Shown piece after piece: positions 39,263 to 48,970 of a stretch of 64,000 bases of DNA. Both the position numbers and the translations under genes were made by a program. Under the pieces are notes generated by a model that saw only the letters and a list, made by a program, of their open reading frames with translations, was not told where the DNA came from and searched no databases. The stretch is from a virus. Taxonomy: Duplodnaviria; Caudoviricetes. How positions within the stretch are numbered: position 1 is the stretch's first letter; every line of letters begins with the position of its first letter. The stretch spans positions 1 through 64,000 of the IMG/VR virus record IMGVR_UViG_3300028797_000108; one strand, given 5' to 3'.

Positions 39263-40327
39263 ATGAAGTATTCCGTATTCCATAAGATAGACACCCGCTA
39301 CAAATTCTTTGACCGTTTTTGTAAGCGATATATTAAGGCAACCGATCCCGAGATCCGTGCACGACTTATCGAGTCTTGTGAGGAACTGATGGAGCTTATT
39401 GTCAAGATGATACTTGACGGCAACATGGAGGATCTGGCTGACATTCTTTCAAAGAGCAATTCAAAACACGCAAGGGTTTTCTTTGATTACTTTGTCGGTG
39501 CTAAAACCAAACACATGAAGAAGACCGACATTGTTTCAACAGTGCACAATTATTTTACAAAGGAGAACGACATGAAGGACATACATGCATTCATGATGGA
39601 AGCTGTAAAGCCTATCAAGCTTTCAAAGCAATACGTTCCGTTCAAGTTAAATGAAGCTGAAGGTGACGAAGACACTGCACCTGATGCCGGTGGTGATGAT
39701 ATGGGCGGTGATGATCCATTTGCTGATGGTGGCGATGATATGGGCGGCGACGATATGGGCGGCGATGATTTCGGTGGAGATGACGCCGGCGGAGATCCGT
39801 TTGGCGGAGCACCTGATGCAGGTGGTGGCTCTGGCGGAGACGATGACGAAGATGGCGAAGGTGATGATGCCAATGGGGAAGAAGAAGACACTGACCCATA
39901 CGACATGGAAGGTCATGAAGATGACCCTGACTTCACTGAAGGCGCTGATAATGCAGAAGTGGTTCAGCCGACACCAGCCGGTGCTTGCATCTACGATGTC
40001 AAGGGTATTATGCAGTCAATGAACGCAGTAATTGAAGCATTGCCTGATGGACAGCTGGCAGAAATTGAAGCAGTCAAGAAGGCAGTGACACTTATCTTTA
40101 ACGGTAAGTTGCTCAAGGCTGAAGATGTGACATTCCAGAACCCAAAGAACGCATCATTCTTGCTAAGAAAGATTGGCGCCAATGTCAATGAAAAGACTCG
40201 TAACTATTTGATGTTGAAAATCAAGCAGCCGCTAATCAAACTCCGCGACAAGAACAAGGAAGAACTCGCTGCAATGAAGAATGATAACAACAACATTCGT
40301 GATACACTCGGCACACTTGACAAATAA
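39263..40327 (+). CDS. Acidic GGDD-repeat protein
   Basis: GGDDM repeats; possible internal start at 39572 with AAGGAG. Confidence 0.6.
   Translation: MKYSVFHKIDTRYKFFDRFCKRYIKATDPEIRARLIESCEELMELIVKMILDGNMEDLADILSKSNSKHARVFFDYFVGAKTKHMKKTDIVSTVHNYFTKENDMKDIHAFMMEAVKPIKLSKQYVPFKLNEAEGDEDTAPDAGGDDMGGDDPFADGGDDMGGDDMGGDDFGGDDAGGDPFGGAPDAGGGSGGDDDEDGEGDDANGEEEDTDPYDMEGHEDDPDFTEGADNAEVVQPTPAGACIYDVKGIMQSMNAVIEALPDGQLAEIEAVKKAVTLIFNGKLLKAEDVTFQNPKNASFLLRKIGANVNEKTRNYLMLKIKQPLIKLRDKNKEELAAMKNDNNNIRDTLGTLDK
39689..39810 (+). repeat. Coding tandem repeats (GGDD[MPF])
   Basis: Repeated ggcggcgacgatatg-like 15-mers. Confidence 0.7.
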
Positions 40328-40355
40328 ATAGTTTACAGTTTCGTGAGGTGATTTA

Positions 40356-41540
40356 ATGTTAAACGCAAATTCTAATGACGGGAAATCTCTTGTTCTAATT
40401 TTCCCGCTCGACAACTCAGGATGTAGCCACTACAGATTGAGATGGAATGCAATGTATTATGCTGGGCACGAGCACTTGGGTTTCAAGCCGGTGCTTATGC
40501 CATTCCCAATCTTTGATGGCTCCTATCTTGCAGCTGCTAAGTGCTTGATATTCCAGCGCCCTATTACGCCTGGGCACATTGAACTTATCAAGCGCTATAA
40601 GGCTCTACAGCCTAAGTTTGGCTACAAGATGGTATTTGAAGTTGATGACCAAGTTTTCAAGATTGACGGTGAATGCATTCCTGCATACAACACCGCGTCT
40701 TTGCATTTCACAGGCGATGAAACCACTGAAATTTGTAGACAGGTTTTGCCGCTATTTGATGAAGTGGTCGTTTCAACCGAGTACTTGAAAGCTAAGATGG
40801 AAGAAATCTTTGATGTTCATAATGTGACTGTGATACGAAATGTTGTGCCACGCTTCTTGTGGTCATATCCTCGTAAACCGCACAAGACTGAAGATCTTAA
40901 GAAGCCTACCGTTCTTTATTCAGGTTCGCCGTGCCATTATCGTAACCCCGTCCCACCACGTAAACCTAGCCCACAGGAACCGCAAGGATTCCCTGGCATT
41001 ACTCCTCTAAAGGGCGATATGGACAACGCTTGGTGCGATTGGGTTATTAAGAATGTGAAGGAAGGCAAAATTAACTTCATCGTTATGGGTGCCTTGCCTT
41101 GGTTCTGGGAGTGCATTAAGGACCAGATTACGTTCATACCTTGGGTTGACTGCAACTCCTTCCCTCGTCAGGTAATGGAGACTAACGCAGATTTCTCCTT
41201 TGCTCCCTTGGTAAACAACGCATTCAACAAGTGCAAGTCAAGCCTTCGCTTTACTGAATCTTGTGCAGTTGGTCAAGTGTTCCTCGGCACCGTATTCACA
41301 GCCGATAAAGATTCGCCATACGAAGAAATTCATCCTGAATGCAAGGTGCCAGACAATGTCACAGTTGAAGACATTGACGAAAAATTCTGGGCATTGTGCA
41401 AGAAGGACAAGTATAACGAAATTCTTGATTGGCAATACAAGTTTATCAATGATGGCGGCTACTGGCTTGAATCTGATAAGCACACCAATGCCTGGCTTGA
41501 AATGATTGACAACCAATGCGTTGGCAAGAAGTTCATTTAA
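40356..41540 (+). CDS. Glycosyltransferase-like (GT-B) protein
   Basis: SGCSHYRL, IFQR, FEVDD, VVSTEYL, VIRN, APLVNNAFNKCKS.LRF.E. Confidence 0.75.
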   Translation: MLNANSNDGKSLVLIFPLDNSGCSHYRLRWNAMYYAGHEHLGFKPVLMPFPIFDGSYLAAAKCLIFQRPITPGHIELIKRYKALQPKFGYKMVFEVDDQVFKIDGECIPAYNTASLHFTGDETTEICRQVLPLFDEVVVSTEYLKAKMEEIFDVHNVTVIRNVVPRFLWSYPRKPHKTEDLKKPTVLYSGSPCHYRNPVPPRKPSPQEPQGFPGITPLKGDMDNAWCDWVIKNVKEGKINFIVMGALPWFWECIKDQITFIPWVDCNSFPRQVMETNADFSFAPLVNNAFNKCKSSLRFTESCAVGQVFLGTVFTADKDSPYEEIHPECKVPDNVTVEDIDEKFWALCKKDKYNEILDWQYKFINDGGYWLESDKHTNAWLEMIDNQCVGKKFI

Positions 41541-41559
41541 GATTTCCGGCGTAACAGAA

Positions 41560-41588
41560 GAGGGGTAGGTTTATCCTACCCCTTTTTT
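41560..41588 (+). terminator. Rho-independent terminator
   Basis: AGGGGTAGG-ttta-tCCTACCCCT plus TTTTT. Confidence 0.8.
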
Positions 41589-41618
41589 CCTGTATAAATA
41601 CAATAAAGAAGAGGCTAC

Positions 41619-42377
41619 ATGATTTTTGCAGATTATTGTGAACAGGAATTGTCCGAAGCATTGAAGGTCAAGTATGTAGTCCGCAACGGTAAGCGCAAGA
41701 AAAAGTGGGTCACCACGAAGAAAGGCAAATATCGTGTTGAGTATGAAAACGGTCAACCGAAGGAAGTGCGTATTACCGCTGGTGAACGCAGACGCAGAAA
41801 ACTTGGTCAGCGTAAAGGTAAGTTGAAGAGAAAAGCCAAAGTTGGTATCATCGAGCTCCGTAGAAGAAAATCATTTGTTGCTCGTCGTAATGCTGGTATG
41901 CAGTATAACAAGAAGATACCTGACATTGTGACTGCTCGTGGTCCAGATGGCAAATTGCCAGACATCGGTAAGGAAAGAACATTACGCCCCGTTCGTGAAA
42001 GCATGCTTTACGAGTCACCTCACTCATACCTATTTTCGGATGACGAAGGCGTTGACTACTTCTGGGATTTCTATTCAGAAATTGCGGGCGGTAGCGAATG
42101 GCTGCAGCAGGTTATTGACATATACACAAAGCATGAAATTGTGTCAATAGAAAAGGATGCGAACAATTCAGAGTTTGGCGATGTAATTGAGATACCGCCT
42201 GAATACATATCGGAAATTACAGAGAACCTTGTTTCAAATCTTGAGTTCTTGTGTGTTGCTGCTAAAGACTTTTTAGACGCTCCAAAGGAGTTGCAGCAAG
42301 CATTCATGGACAAGGTTCCAGCGAAGTTGTTTATGGCTATGCAACCTTACATTCGTAAGATGGAACTAGCTAAATAA
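41619..42377 (+). CDS. Prohead core protein with very basic N-domain (gp68-like)
   Basis: VVRNGKRKKK...ERRRRKLGQRKGKLKRKAK...RRRKSF..RR; late promoter at 41593; adjacent to portal. Confidence 0.5.
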   Translation: MIFADYCEQELSEALKVKYVVRNGKRKKKWVTTKKGKYRVEYENGQPKEVRITAGERRRRKLGQRKGKLKRKAKVGIIELRRRKSFVARRNAGMQYNKKIPDIVTARGPDGKLPDIGKERTLRPVRESMLYESPHSYLFSDDEGVDYFWDFYSEIAGGSEWLQQVIDIYTKHEIVSIEKDANNSEFGDVIEIPPEYISEITENLVSNLEFLCVAAKDFLDAPKELQQAFMDKVPAKLFMAMQPYIRKMELAK

Positions 42378-42401
42378 ATACAACATAAGTGAGGTTAAAA
42401 C

Positions 42402-43997
42402 ATGCAGTGGTCCTTATTAAATCCATTTAGCGATAGGTTCCTACAAACTACGCCAGACAAGGCGCAGACAAGAGAAACCCTTGCTAAATTGAATTCTTAT
42501 GGTGTTGGCGAAGACACGCTTGACTTGAGCAAGCTGGTTCGCGGATATGGCGCCGGTTCTCCGGTATATCCGTATGAACAGAACAACGTCATTTTTGAAA
42601 CGGTCTTTGCGACAAAGAGACAAAGAATTAACTACTATCGCACAATGGCTAAGTATGCCTTTGTGAAGAAGATGCTTACAATCATCTCCGATGAATGTTG
42701 CTCAAAGCGTGCCGATGGCTCAGTGGCTACATTTGACATTGACCCAGCATACAGACACAAATTCACCGAGACTGAATTTAACTCATTGAAGGAACAGTTT
42801 GATTACATTGTCAATGCCGTCTTCAAGAAGAAGATGATGTGGAAGTATTTCAACCGCTGGTTGGTTGACGGAGAAATCTTCCTTGAAATTTGTTTGAATG
42901 ATAATAAAGATAGCGTGGTAGGCTTGAAACAGTTGCCACCGTATTGCACGCTTTGTGTATATGACGAAGGCATTCTAACTGGCTTTATTCAAGACCCATC
43001 ATTGATTAGCGGTGACTATGACCGCAATAATATCAAGACCTTTACACGCAACCAGATTGCATACGCAAACTATGGCCTATACGGCAACAACCTGAATGAC
43101 GTTCGCGGTCACTTGGAAGCAGCAGTTAAGCCTATTAACCAGCTTCGCTGTATGGAAGACGCCCAAGCCGTTTACTTCATGGTTCGTGCTCCGGAAAAGA
43201 GAATTTGGAAGATCTATGGCGGTGGCCTACCATTGCCGAAGCAGCAAGAATACTTGCAGCAGTGTATTGCTCAGTATCGCCGTGACTTGAATGTTGACCC
43301 ACATACAGGTCTTGTAAATGGTGCTGCTGCAACACAGGCATTGTCGCAGGATATTTGGGTACTTCAAGATCGTAACGGTAATGCTACTACCGTTGAAACA
43401 TTCCAGGGTGGACAGCAGTTCAATGGTATGCATGAAGCCATTGAAGGCTATAAGGAAATGGTCGCTGATGCTTTGGAAGTTCCAGCAACCCGTTGGAAAC
43501 TTGATGCTGGCTCTGCACAATATGTTCAGGGCGTTGAAGGATTGAGCATTGACGAATCTTCGTTCCAGCAGCGCTGTGCTCGTTGGGCTGAAGACTTTGC
43601 TGAAGTGATTAAGCAGGTGTTCATGGTGCAGTTGCAGGTCATGGGCTTTGAAGATAAGTACCTTGACTCTGACGCATACGACATTAAGCTCATTCCTTCT
43701 ACAGACACTCGCCGTTATCGTGAAATGGCTATTGCAGAAAAGGGCGCCGGTATTCTTGGTGGCTTGGTCACTATGATGCCTACACGCAGCAATACGAAGG
43801 ACGATTCTGATGAAGCTCCTCCGATGTTGTCAAAGCAATTCGTTATGGAAAAATTCCTTGGTATGTCAACTGAAGACCAGTTGCTCAACCAGGCAATGCT
43901 TGACAGAGAAGTCGCAGAAATTAAGGCTGCTCGAGACGCCATCAAGGAAGAAGGCGGTGACGAGGAGTCGGAAGATGAAGGCGATATGGAATTCTAA
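42402..43997 (+). CDS. Portal protein gp20
   Basis: YRTMA, F.RWLVDGEIF, L..A.KP.NQLR.MEDA...Y...RAPEKR, ALEVP..R. Confidence 0.95.
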   Translation: MQWSLLNPFSDRFLQTTPDKAQTRETLAKLNSYGVGEDTLDLSKLVRGYGAGSPVYPYEQNNVIFETVFATKRQRINYYRTMAKYAFVKKMLTIISDECCSKRADGSVATFDIDPAYRHKFTETEFNSLKEQFDYIVNAVFKKKMMWKYFNRWLVDGEIFLEICLNDNKDSVVGLKQLPPYCTLCVYDEGILTGFIQDPSLISGDYDRNNIKTFTRNQIAYANYGLYGNNLNDVRGHLEAAVKPINQLRCMEDAQAVYFMVRAPEKRIWKIYGGGLPLPKQQEYLQQCIAQYRRDLNVDPHTGLVNGAAATQALSQDIWVLQDRNGNATTVETFQGGQQFNGMHEAIEGYKEMVADALEVPATRWKLDAGSAQYVQGVEGLSIDESSFQQRCARWAEDFAEVIKQVFMVQLQVMGFEDKYLDSDAYDIKLIPSTDTRRYREMAIAEKGAGILGGLVTMMPTRSNTKDDSDEAPPMLSKQFVMEKFLGMSTEDQLLNQAMLDREVAEIKAARDAIKEEGGDEESEDEGDMEF

Positions 43998-44042
43998 GGA
44001 GACCTTTATAAATACAATATAGAACGAAATAGGAGATTTTAT

Positions 44043-44627
44043 ATGGCTGAAAATAATATGAGCGTTTTCACAACTAAGATTAAAAACCTTCCAGACTTGG
44101 TGAAGCAGTATCTCTTCCAAGTGACCTTCCAGTTTGACAACAAGGAACTGGCTGATATGCTTGGCGCTGAAGATTTGATGCTTCGTGCTAAGACTGCTTC
44201 TATTCCGCAGAAAACATTCGGCGAACTTTCAACCGAATACATGGGCTCTAAGCTTGTTTACCCTGGTAAGGCAACAGTGGATGGTGACTTGACCATTCAG
44301 TTTGACGAGTTCCAGGATATGACAATTTCAAAGCTGCTCCACAGATGGTCAAACTTGATGTTTAACCACGCCATTGACGACGACATTGACGCTACTGGCG
44401 TAACTGGTGGTGCATACTCTAACTACCTCAAGGACTATACAGCAACTATCACTGTTGACTTGTATGACTCAACCTTGACAAACAAGCTCCCTATTTCTTA
44501 TAAGTTCCGTTTCGCATGGCCGAAGGAAATTGCTTCTGCAGAATTGAATATGGAAGGTGATGCAAAGGTTACCCGTTCAGTTACCTTTAAGTACTCAACA
44601 TACGAAGTTATTTCAAACGTTGGCTAA
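44043..44627 (+). CDS. Tail tube protein gp19
   Basis: YLFQVTF, TASIP, YMGSKLVYPG, AWPKEI...ELN, VTF.Y. Confidence 0.88.
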   Translation: MAENNMSVFTTKIKNLPDLVKQYLFQVTFQFDNKELADMLGAEDLMLRAKTASIPQKTFGELSTEYMGSKLVYPGKATVDGDLTIQFDEFQDMTISKLLHRWSNLMFNHAIDDDIDATGVTGGAYSNYLKDYTATITVDLYDSTLTNKLPISYKFRFAWPKEIASAELNMEGDAKVTRSVTFKYSTYEVISNVG

Positions 44628-44639
44628 TTGAGGTTATAA

Positions 44640-45005
44640 ATGAATTTTGAACAGTACTCAAAGAGTGAAATCTGCAAGCGTGCTGACCAGTTAAACGAGT
44701 CAACACAGCAGATTGGAGAAACCGACAAGTTCAAAGGTAATAACTTTGTCGGACCCCATCATCACGAATATATCTTGTGGGATCCTAAGATTGGTTGGGG
44801 CAAGACAGGTGATGCCCTTGACGATCCTAAGAAGGGTGCAGCAAATGTGCCAACTCACGAACATATGATCGTTGATGGTAAGGTGCTTGAATGTGCTGGT
44901 CACACACATGAATTGCTTGCTCCGTCAAAGACATTCTTGTCAACTGACCCGCCAAAGCGTGCCGTGGCTACTGTTGATACACAGCCACAAGAAGGAGGCA
45001 AGTAA
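44640..45005 (+). CDS. His-rich putative metal-binding protein
   Basis: PHHHEY...THEHMIVDG.V..CAGHTHEL. Confidence 0.6.
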   Translation: MNFEQYSKSEICKRADQLNESTQQIGETDKFKGNNFVGPHHHEYILWDPKIGWGKTGDALDDPKKGAANVPTHEHMIVDGKVLECAGHTHELLAPSKTFLSTDPPKRAVATVDTQPQEGGK

Positions 45006-45466
45006 TGGAAGAAGTGCAGACAGGAGTACCTGAAAAGAGCAAGATTGAAGCTGACTTCTTGTCATTCTTGGCGAGCACTGTTGATGCTGAAACCATCAAG
45101 TTGTTCACCTTTGCTCTTGATGCTTTGACATTCGCAAACAAGATTCAGGTTTATCACTGGACTTGTAAGAGCGGGTTCCAGCATACGCATTGGGAAGAGG
45201 TTTACAAGATTATCCGTGACTTCGCTGATGATCTTGTTGAAACCGTTTTGTCAATGGGTTATGAATTCAAGATTGACAGCAAGAACTATCAGATTACTGC
45301 CGAACCTTACGACCTATCTATCGCAATGTTGAAGTTGACCGCGTTCCGTGAAGAATGCGAAAAGCTCAAGAAGCAGTATTCGTCAAAGGTCTCACTGGAC
45401 AATTTGTTCAGCGAAGTGATTGGCAAGATTGATAAGGAAATCGGTCTGTTGAAGAATTTCGGCTAA
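45005..45466 (+). CDS. Dps/ferritin-like protein
   Basis: YHW.......H...EEVY......DDLVE ferroxidase-type pattern. Confidence 0.7.
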   Translation: MEEVQTGVPEKSKIEADFLSFLASTVDAETIKLFTFALDALTFANKIQVYHWTCKSGFQHTHWEEVYKIIRDFADDLVETVLSMGYEFKIDSKNYQITAEPYDLSIAMLKLTAFREECEKLKKQYSSKVSLDNLFSEVIGKIDKEIGLLKNFG

Positions 45467-45476
45467 GGAGCGTCAA

Positions 45477-46007
45477 ATGGAATTAAATGAAGCTCTATCT
45501 ACATTAAATAATGCCGGTTTGATTGCGGAAAGATTCAGCGTGAATAGCATTGTTCGCGAATGGAATAAAGAAAACATCATAGCAGCAGCAAATTCAATTA
45601 AGCGCAGAACTAAGCTAAATAATATCGGAAAGGCTAATATCGTTACACTTGGTAAGATGATTAACCAGCACCTAGAATGGTTTTATCATAATAAGTTAGA
45701 TAAAGAAGCTGAACTGATCTTGAAAAAAGCAAGAGAACTTTCTCCAAAATCATTCCAGACTGATGATGATACTCCTGATGATGTTCAAGATGATGAAAAC
45801 GATTTGCCATCTAATGAAGATCGTGCCGATGCCGATGGTGCATATATGGGCTCTGCCTATACACACTATCACCTAGATGATCCTTGCACCGATGAAGATT
45901 GGCGTCAAGCCGGCCTTGAATGGACCGAGGACGCATTCAGCAATGGCGATCTGACAAAGGTCGAATACCGCGAGGCAATTCTGCATTACAGTCACTACGA
46001 GTATTAA
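45477..46007 (+). CDS. MELNEA-leader family protein
   Basis: MELNEALSTLNNAGLIAE. Confidence 0.65.
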   Translation: MELNEALSTLNNAGLIAERFSVNSIVREWNKENIIAAANSIKRRTKLNNIGKANIVTLGKMINQHLEWFYHNKLDKEAELILKKARELSPKSFQTDDDTPDDVQDDENDLPSNEDRADADGAYMGSAYTHYHLDDPCTDEDWRQAGLEWTEDAFSNGDLTKVEYREAILHYSHYEY

Positions 46008-46027
46008 CAGCGAACAAATTTATTAGA

Positions 46028-46060
46028 ATCCGATGGGTAAAACCATCGGATTTTTGTTTT
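46028..46060 (+). terminator. Rho-independent terminator
   Basis: ATCCGATGG-gtaaaa-CCATCGGAT plus T run. Confidence 0.8.
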
Positions 46061-46133
46061 TCTAATCATATAAATAAAATAAGAGAAGGTTGATAAACAC
46101 CATCTCGGTGTATAAAACAAATTGGAGGATTGA

Positions 46134-47099
46134 ATGGATAAAATCTATGAAAAGCTTGCAGCTGTTCTCACTCCTGAAGACTTGAATGAAATTAAGCAGT
46201 CGTTCCAGTCAGCAGTTGATGAAGCGGTTCAAGCAAAGCTTGATATTGAAACTAAAAATCTTGCCAAGAAAGCAGCTGAGTTCTACGAAGCAAAATTGGA
46301 TGAAGCCATCAAGGCCAAAACCGCTGAGCTTGAAGAACTAGCCAATAAGTATTGCGAACAGCGTTGTGCTAAGATTACTGAAAACGCACAGAAGAAGCTG
46401 GACGCTCAACAGAAGAAGTTGGAAGAAGCTGCTGAACAATACATCTACCGATTCTTTGAAGAAAAGTTCAAGGAACGCTACGGAGAAGAATTGGAACAGA
46501 TGGAAGCATCCATGGTTGAATCTATGGACCGCTGGCTTGAATTTACTATTTCCGAAAAGATCAGTCCTAACCTCATCAAGCAGACAGCAGTCAACGAAAC
46601 ATATGAACCGATCATCAATGTTATCAAACAGGCATTTGAAGATAAGTTCGTTCCGCTTGACACAACTGGCTCTGCAAAGATTCGTGAAGCAAAGGCTCAA
46701 AACGCTGAACTTCGCACATCTCTTGATAAGCAGGTTAAAGAAAGCATGCGCTTGGCTGAACAATTGGAAACCGCAAACAAGAGGGCTATTATTGCTGAAA
46801 AGACAAACGGCTTGACCACAGCACAGTGTGCTCGCGTTAAGAACTTCTTTGAAAGCAAGAGCTATTCCGAAACCAAAATGGATATTGATGATTACGTAAA
46901 CATGATTTGCGAATCAGCGCCACGCATGATTAAGCCTCATGCTCAGCGTATTACGGAAAGCGTGAAGCCTACGACACAATCTCTTAAAATTGAAGATGAA
47001 ACTCAGGATATCATCACTGAAAAGTACCGCCCAAAGAAGAGCGTATCTGATTCGGATGCATTCTTGTTGAAGGCTGCTTCATTTTCAAGAGAAATGTAA
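46134..47099 (+). CDS. Prohead core scaffold gp22-like
   Basis: Coiled coil, F..AV, IIAEKT.GLT..Q..RV, several I.E sites; directly upstream of the major capsid gene. Confidence 0.8.
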   Translation: MDKIYEKLAAVLTPEDLNEIKQSFQSAVDEAVQAKLDIETKNLAKKAAEFYEAKLDEAIKAKTAELEELANKYCEQRCAKITENAQKKLDAQQKKLEEAAEQYIYRFFEEKFKERYGEELEQMEASMVESMDRWLEFTISEKISPNLIKQTAVNETYEPIINVIKQAFEDKFVPLDTTGSAKIREAKAQNAELRTSLDKQVKESMRLAEQLETANKRAIIAEKTNGLTTAQCARVKNFFESKSYSETKMDIDDYVNMICESAPRMIKPHAQRITESVKPTTQSLKIEDETQDIITEKYRPKKSVSDSDAFLLKAASFSREM

Positions 47100-47176
47100 A
47101 AAAAGAAAAAATAAATAAAATAAAACGATAAACAATTTCGTGATTTCGTAAATCATAATCTCTTTTTGGAGGAATA

Positions 47177-48463
47177 ATGCACAATCAAATCAGACGTGAA
47201 ATCGTCGAACGTTGGACAAAGGAAGTTCCAGAAGGAATCTCCGTTGCCGACATCTCGAACAAATATATTCGCGAAAACGTTGCACAATTGCTTCAGAACC
47301 AGCAGAATGATCTTTATTCAAATACTTTGAACGAAGACTTTGGTATCGGTGTTGGCGCTCCTACAGGTGCTGACCAGGGTATCCCGCATGGTGGTGACGC
47401 AAAGGCAGTTTTTGCTCCAGTTTCATTGGCACTTGTTCGCCGTGTGTTCCCGCAGTTGTTCGCAAACGTTCTCGTTGGCGTTCAGGCTATGCAGGGTCCG
47501 GTGGGCTTGGCATACGCAATGCGTCATGTGTATAAGGATGAATTGGACAAGGGTCGCGTGGTTGAAGCAGCTTGGAAGGATGTTCCAGAATACTCTGGCT
47601 TCACAGGTTCTCAGGCTAACACACATGGTCCTGCTGACAGCGGTCTAGGTGTTGAAACACAGGCTGCAGAAGCATGGTCTATCAACGACCACGACAAGCA
47701 GGGTAAGATTCCTGAATTGGCAATCATGTTCAGCCGTCAGGCTATCGTTGCCAAGACTCGTAAGATCGCATCTAGCTTCTCTCTAGAATCTATTGACGAT
47801 ATCAAGAAGATGCAGGGTGTTGACATGGTGAACGACATGGTTAACGTTCTTCAGTACGAATTGACTGCAGAAATTGACCGTGAAACAATCGCTCGCTGTA
47901 AGTCTCTATGTAAGCTCAAGACATTGAAGCCTGCTGATACTCCGGCTGACGATGGCTGGTCTGGACGCTGGTCTCAGGAACGTTTGAGCAACATCATCAC
48001 ACACATCATTGCTCAGTCTAACGACATCGCAATCGCAACACGTAAGAATCCGGGTAACATCGCTGTTGTATCTCCAGCAGTGGCAACTGCACTCCAGTCC
48101 GCAACCCAGTTCTTCAACAAGATCACAACAGACGTAACCGGCTCTACAGCAACACCTGAAGTTGGTACATTGAACGGCGGTTCTATCAAGGTTTACCGCG
48201 ATGCATACGCTGTTAACCACGGTGTTGATAATGAAGAAGTTCTCATCGCTTACAAGGGCGCATCTAACGATGACGCAGGCGTAATCTTCTGCCCATACGT
48301 GACAGGCGTTGTGAACCAGGCTATTGACCCGAATACCTTCAGCCCACGCATCGGTATCATGACTCGCTACGCATTTGCTAACAACATGCTTGGCGCAGAC
48401 AACTACTACCGCTTGCTCAAGTTCCAGGGTATTGCTCAGAAGGTCAACGGCGATACATACTAA
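47177..48463 (+). CDS. Major capsid protein gp23
   Basis: LVRRVFPQLFA..LVGVQAMQGPVGLAYAMR, AKTRK, EIDRE, F.PY, DP.TFSPRIG.MTRY. Confidence 0.96.
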   Translation: MHNQIRREIVERWTKEVPEGISVADISNKYIRENVAQLLQNQQNDLYSNTLNEDFGIGVGAPTGADQGIPHGGDAKAVFAPVSLALVRRVFPQLFANVLVGVQAMQGPVGLAYAMRHVYKDELDKGRVVEAAWKDVPEYSGFTGSQANTHGPADSGLGVETQAAEAWSINDHDKQGKIPELAIMFSRQAIVAKTRKIASSFSLESIDDIKKMQGVDMVNDMVNVLQYELTAEIDRETIARCKSLCKLKTLKPADTPADDGWSGRWSQERLSNIITHIIAQSNDIAIATRKNPGNIAVVSPAVATALQSATQFFNKITTDVTGSTATPEVGTLNGGSIKVYRDAYAVNHGVDNEEVLIAYKGASNDDAGVIFCPYVTGVVNQAIDPNTFSPRIGIMTRYAFANNMLGADNYYRLLKFQGIAQKVNGDTY

Positions 48464-48509
48464 TCGGTAGACGGAAGTTAAACAATAAGGTAAAAGGAGA
48501 AACAATCTA

Positions 48510-48872
48510 ATGAAACCTACAGTTCAAAATCCGGACTTCTATGCCGTTGGTAACGATTACGCTCAGGCTCCGATCTCAGCATTCTACGATGTTGGCACTT
48601 CTGGTGAAAACTACCAGGACGGCATCTACACCAAGCTTGCTGACGAATTGGTGAATGGTGAGTTCAGTGCTGATCCTTGGAAGGATCCTAACGGATTCAA
48701 CAAGCGCACAATTCTTATTAACCCATCTGCTTCTTATGCTGATGATGACTACGGTCAGGCCGATGTTATCTTCAACGTTGGAGCAACGGATGATGAAGAA
48801 GCCCATGCTGCTTCGGCTAAGTATGGCAAGAACGATCAGTTCATTGACCCAGACGAACCAAAGAAGGCTTAA
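48510..48872 (+). CDS. Hypothetical (possible capsid accessory) protein
   Basis: Co-transcribed after gp23, strong AAGGAG RBS. Confidence 0.55.
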   Translation: MKPTVQNPDFYAVGNDYAQAPISAFYDVGTSGENYQDGIYTKLADELVNGEFSADPWKDPNGFNKRTILINPSASYADDDYGQADVIFNVGATDDEEAHAASAKYGKNDQFIDPDEPKKA

Positions 48873-48895
48873 TCCTAACGGATAAAAGTTAAACA

Positions 48896-48924
48896 AAAGG
48901 CTACCCTCTCGGGTAGCCTTTTTT
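48896..48924 (+). terminator. Rho-independent terminator
   Basis: AAAGGCTACCC-tctc-GGGTAGCCTTT plus T run. Confidence 0.85.
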
Positions 48925-48970
48925 GTGTTATAAATAAAACAAAAATTAAACCTATCGTGAGGTGATTTAT

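Noticed and set aside
47906-48505. 199-aa antisense ORF over the capsid gene, and other short antisense or alternate-frame ORFs
   Set aside because: Shadow ORFs from biased codon usage; no RBS or motifs
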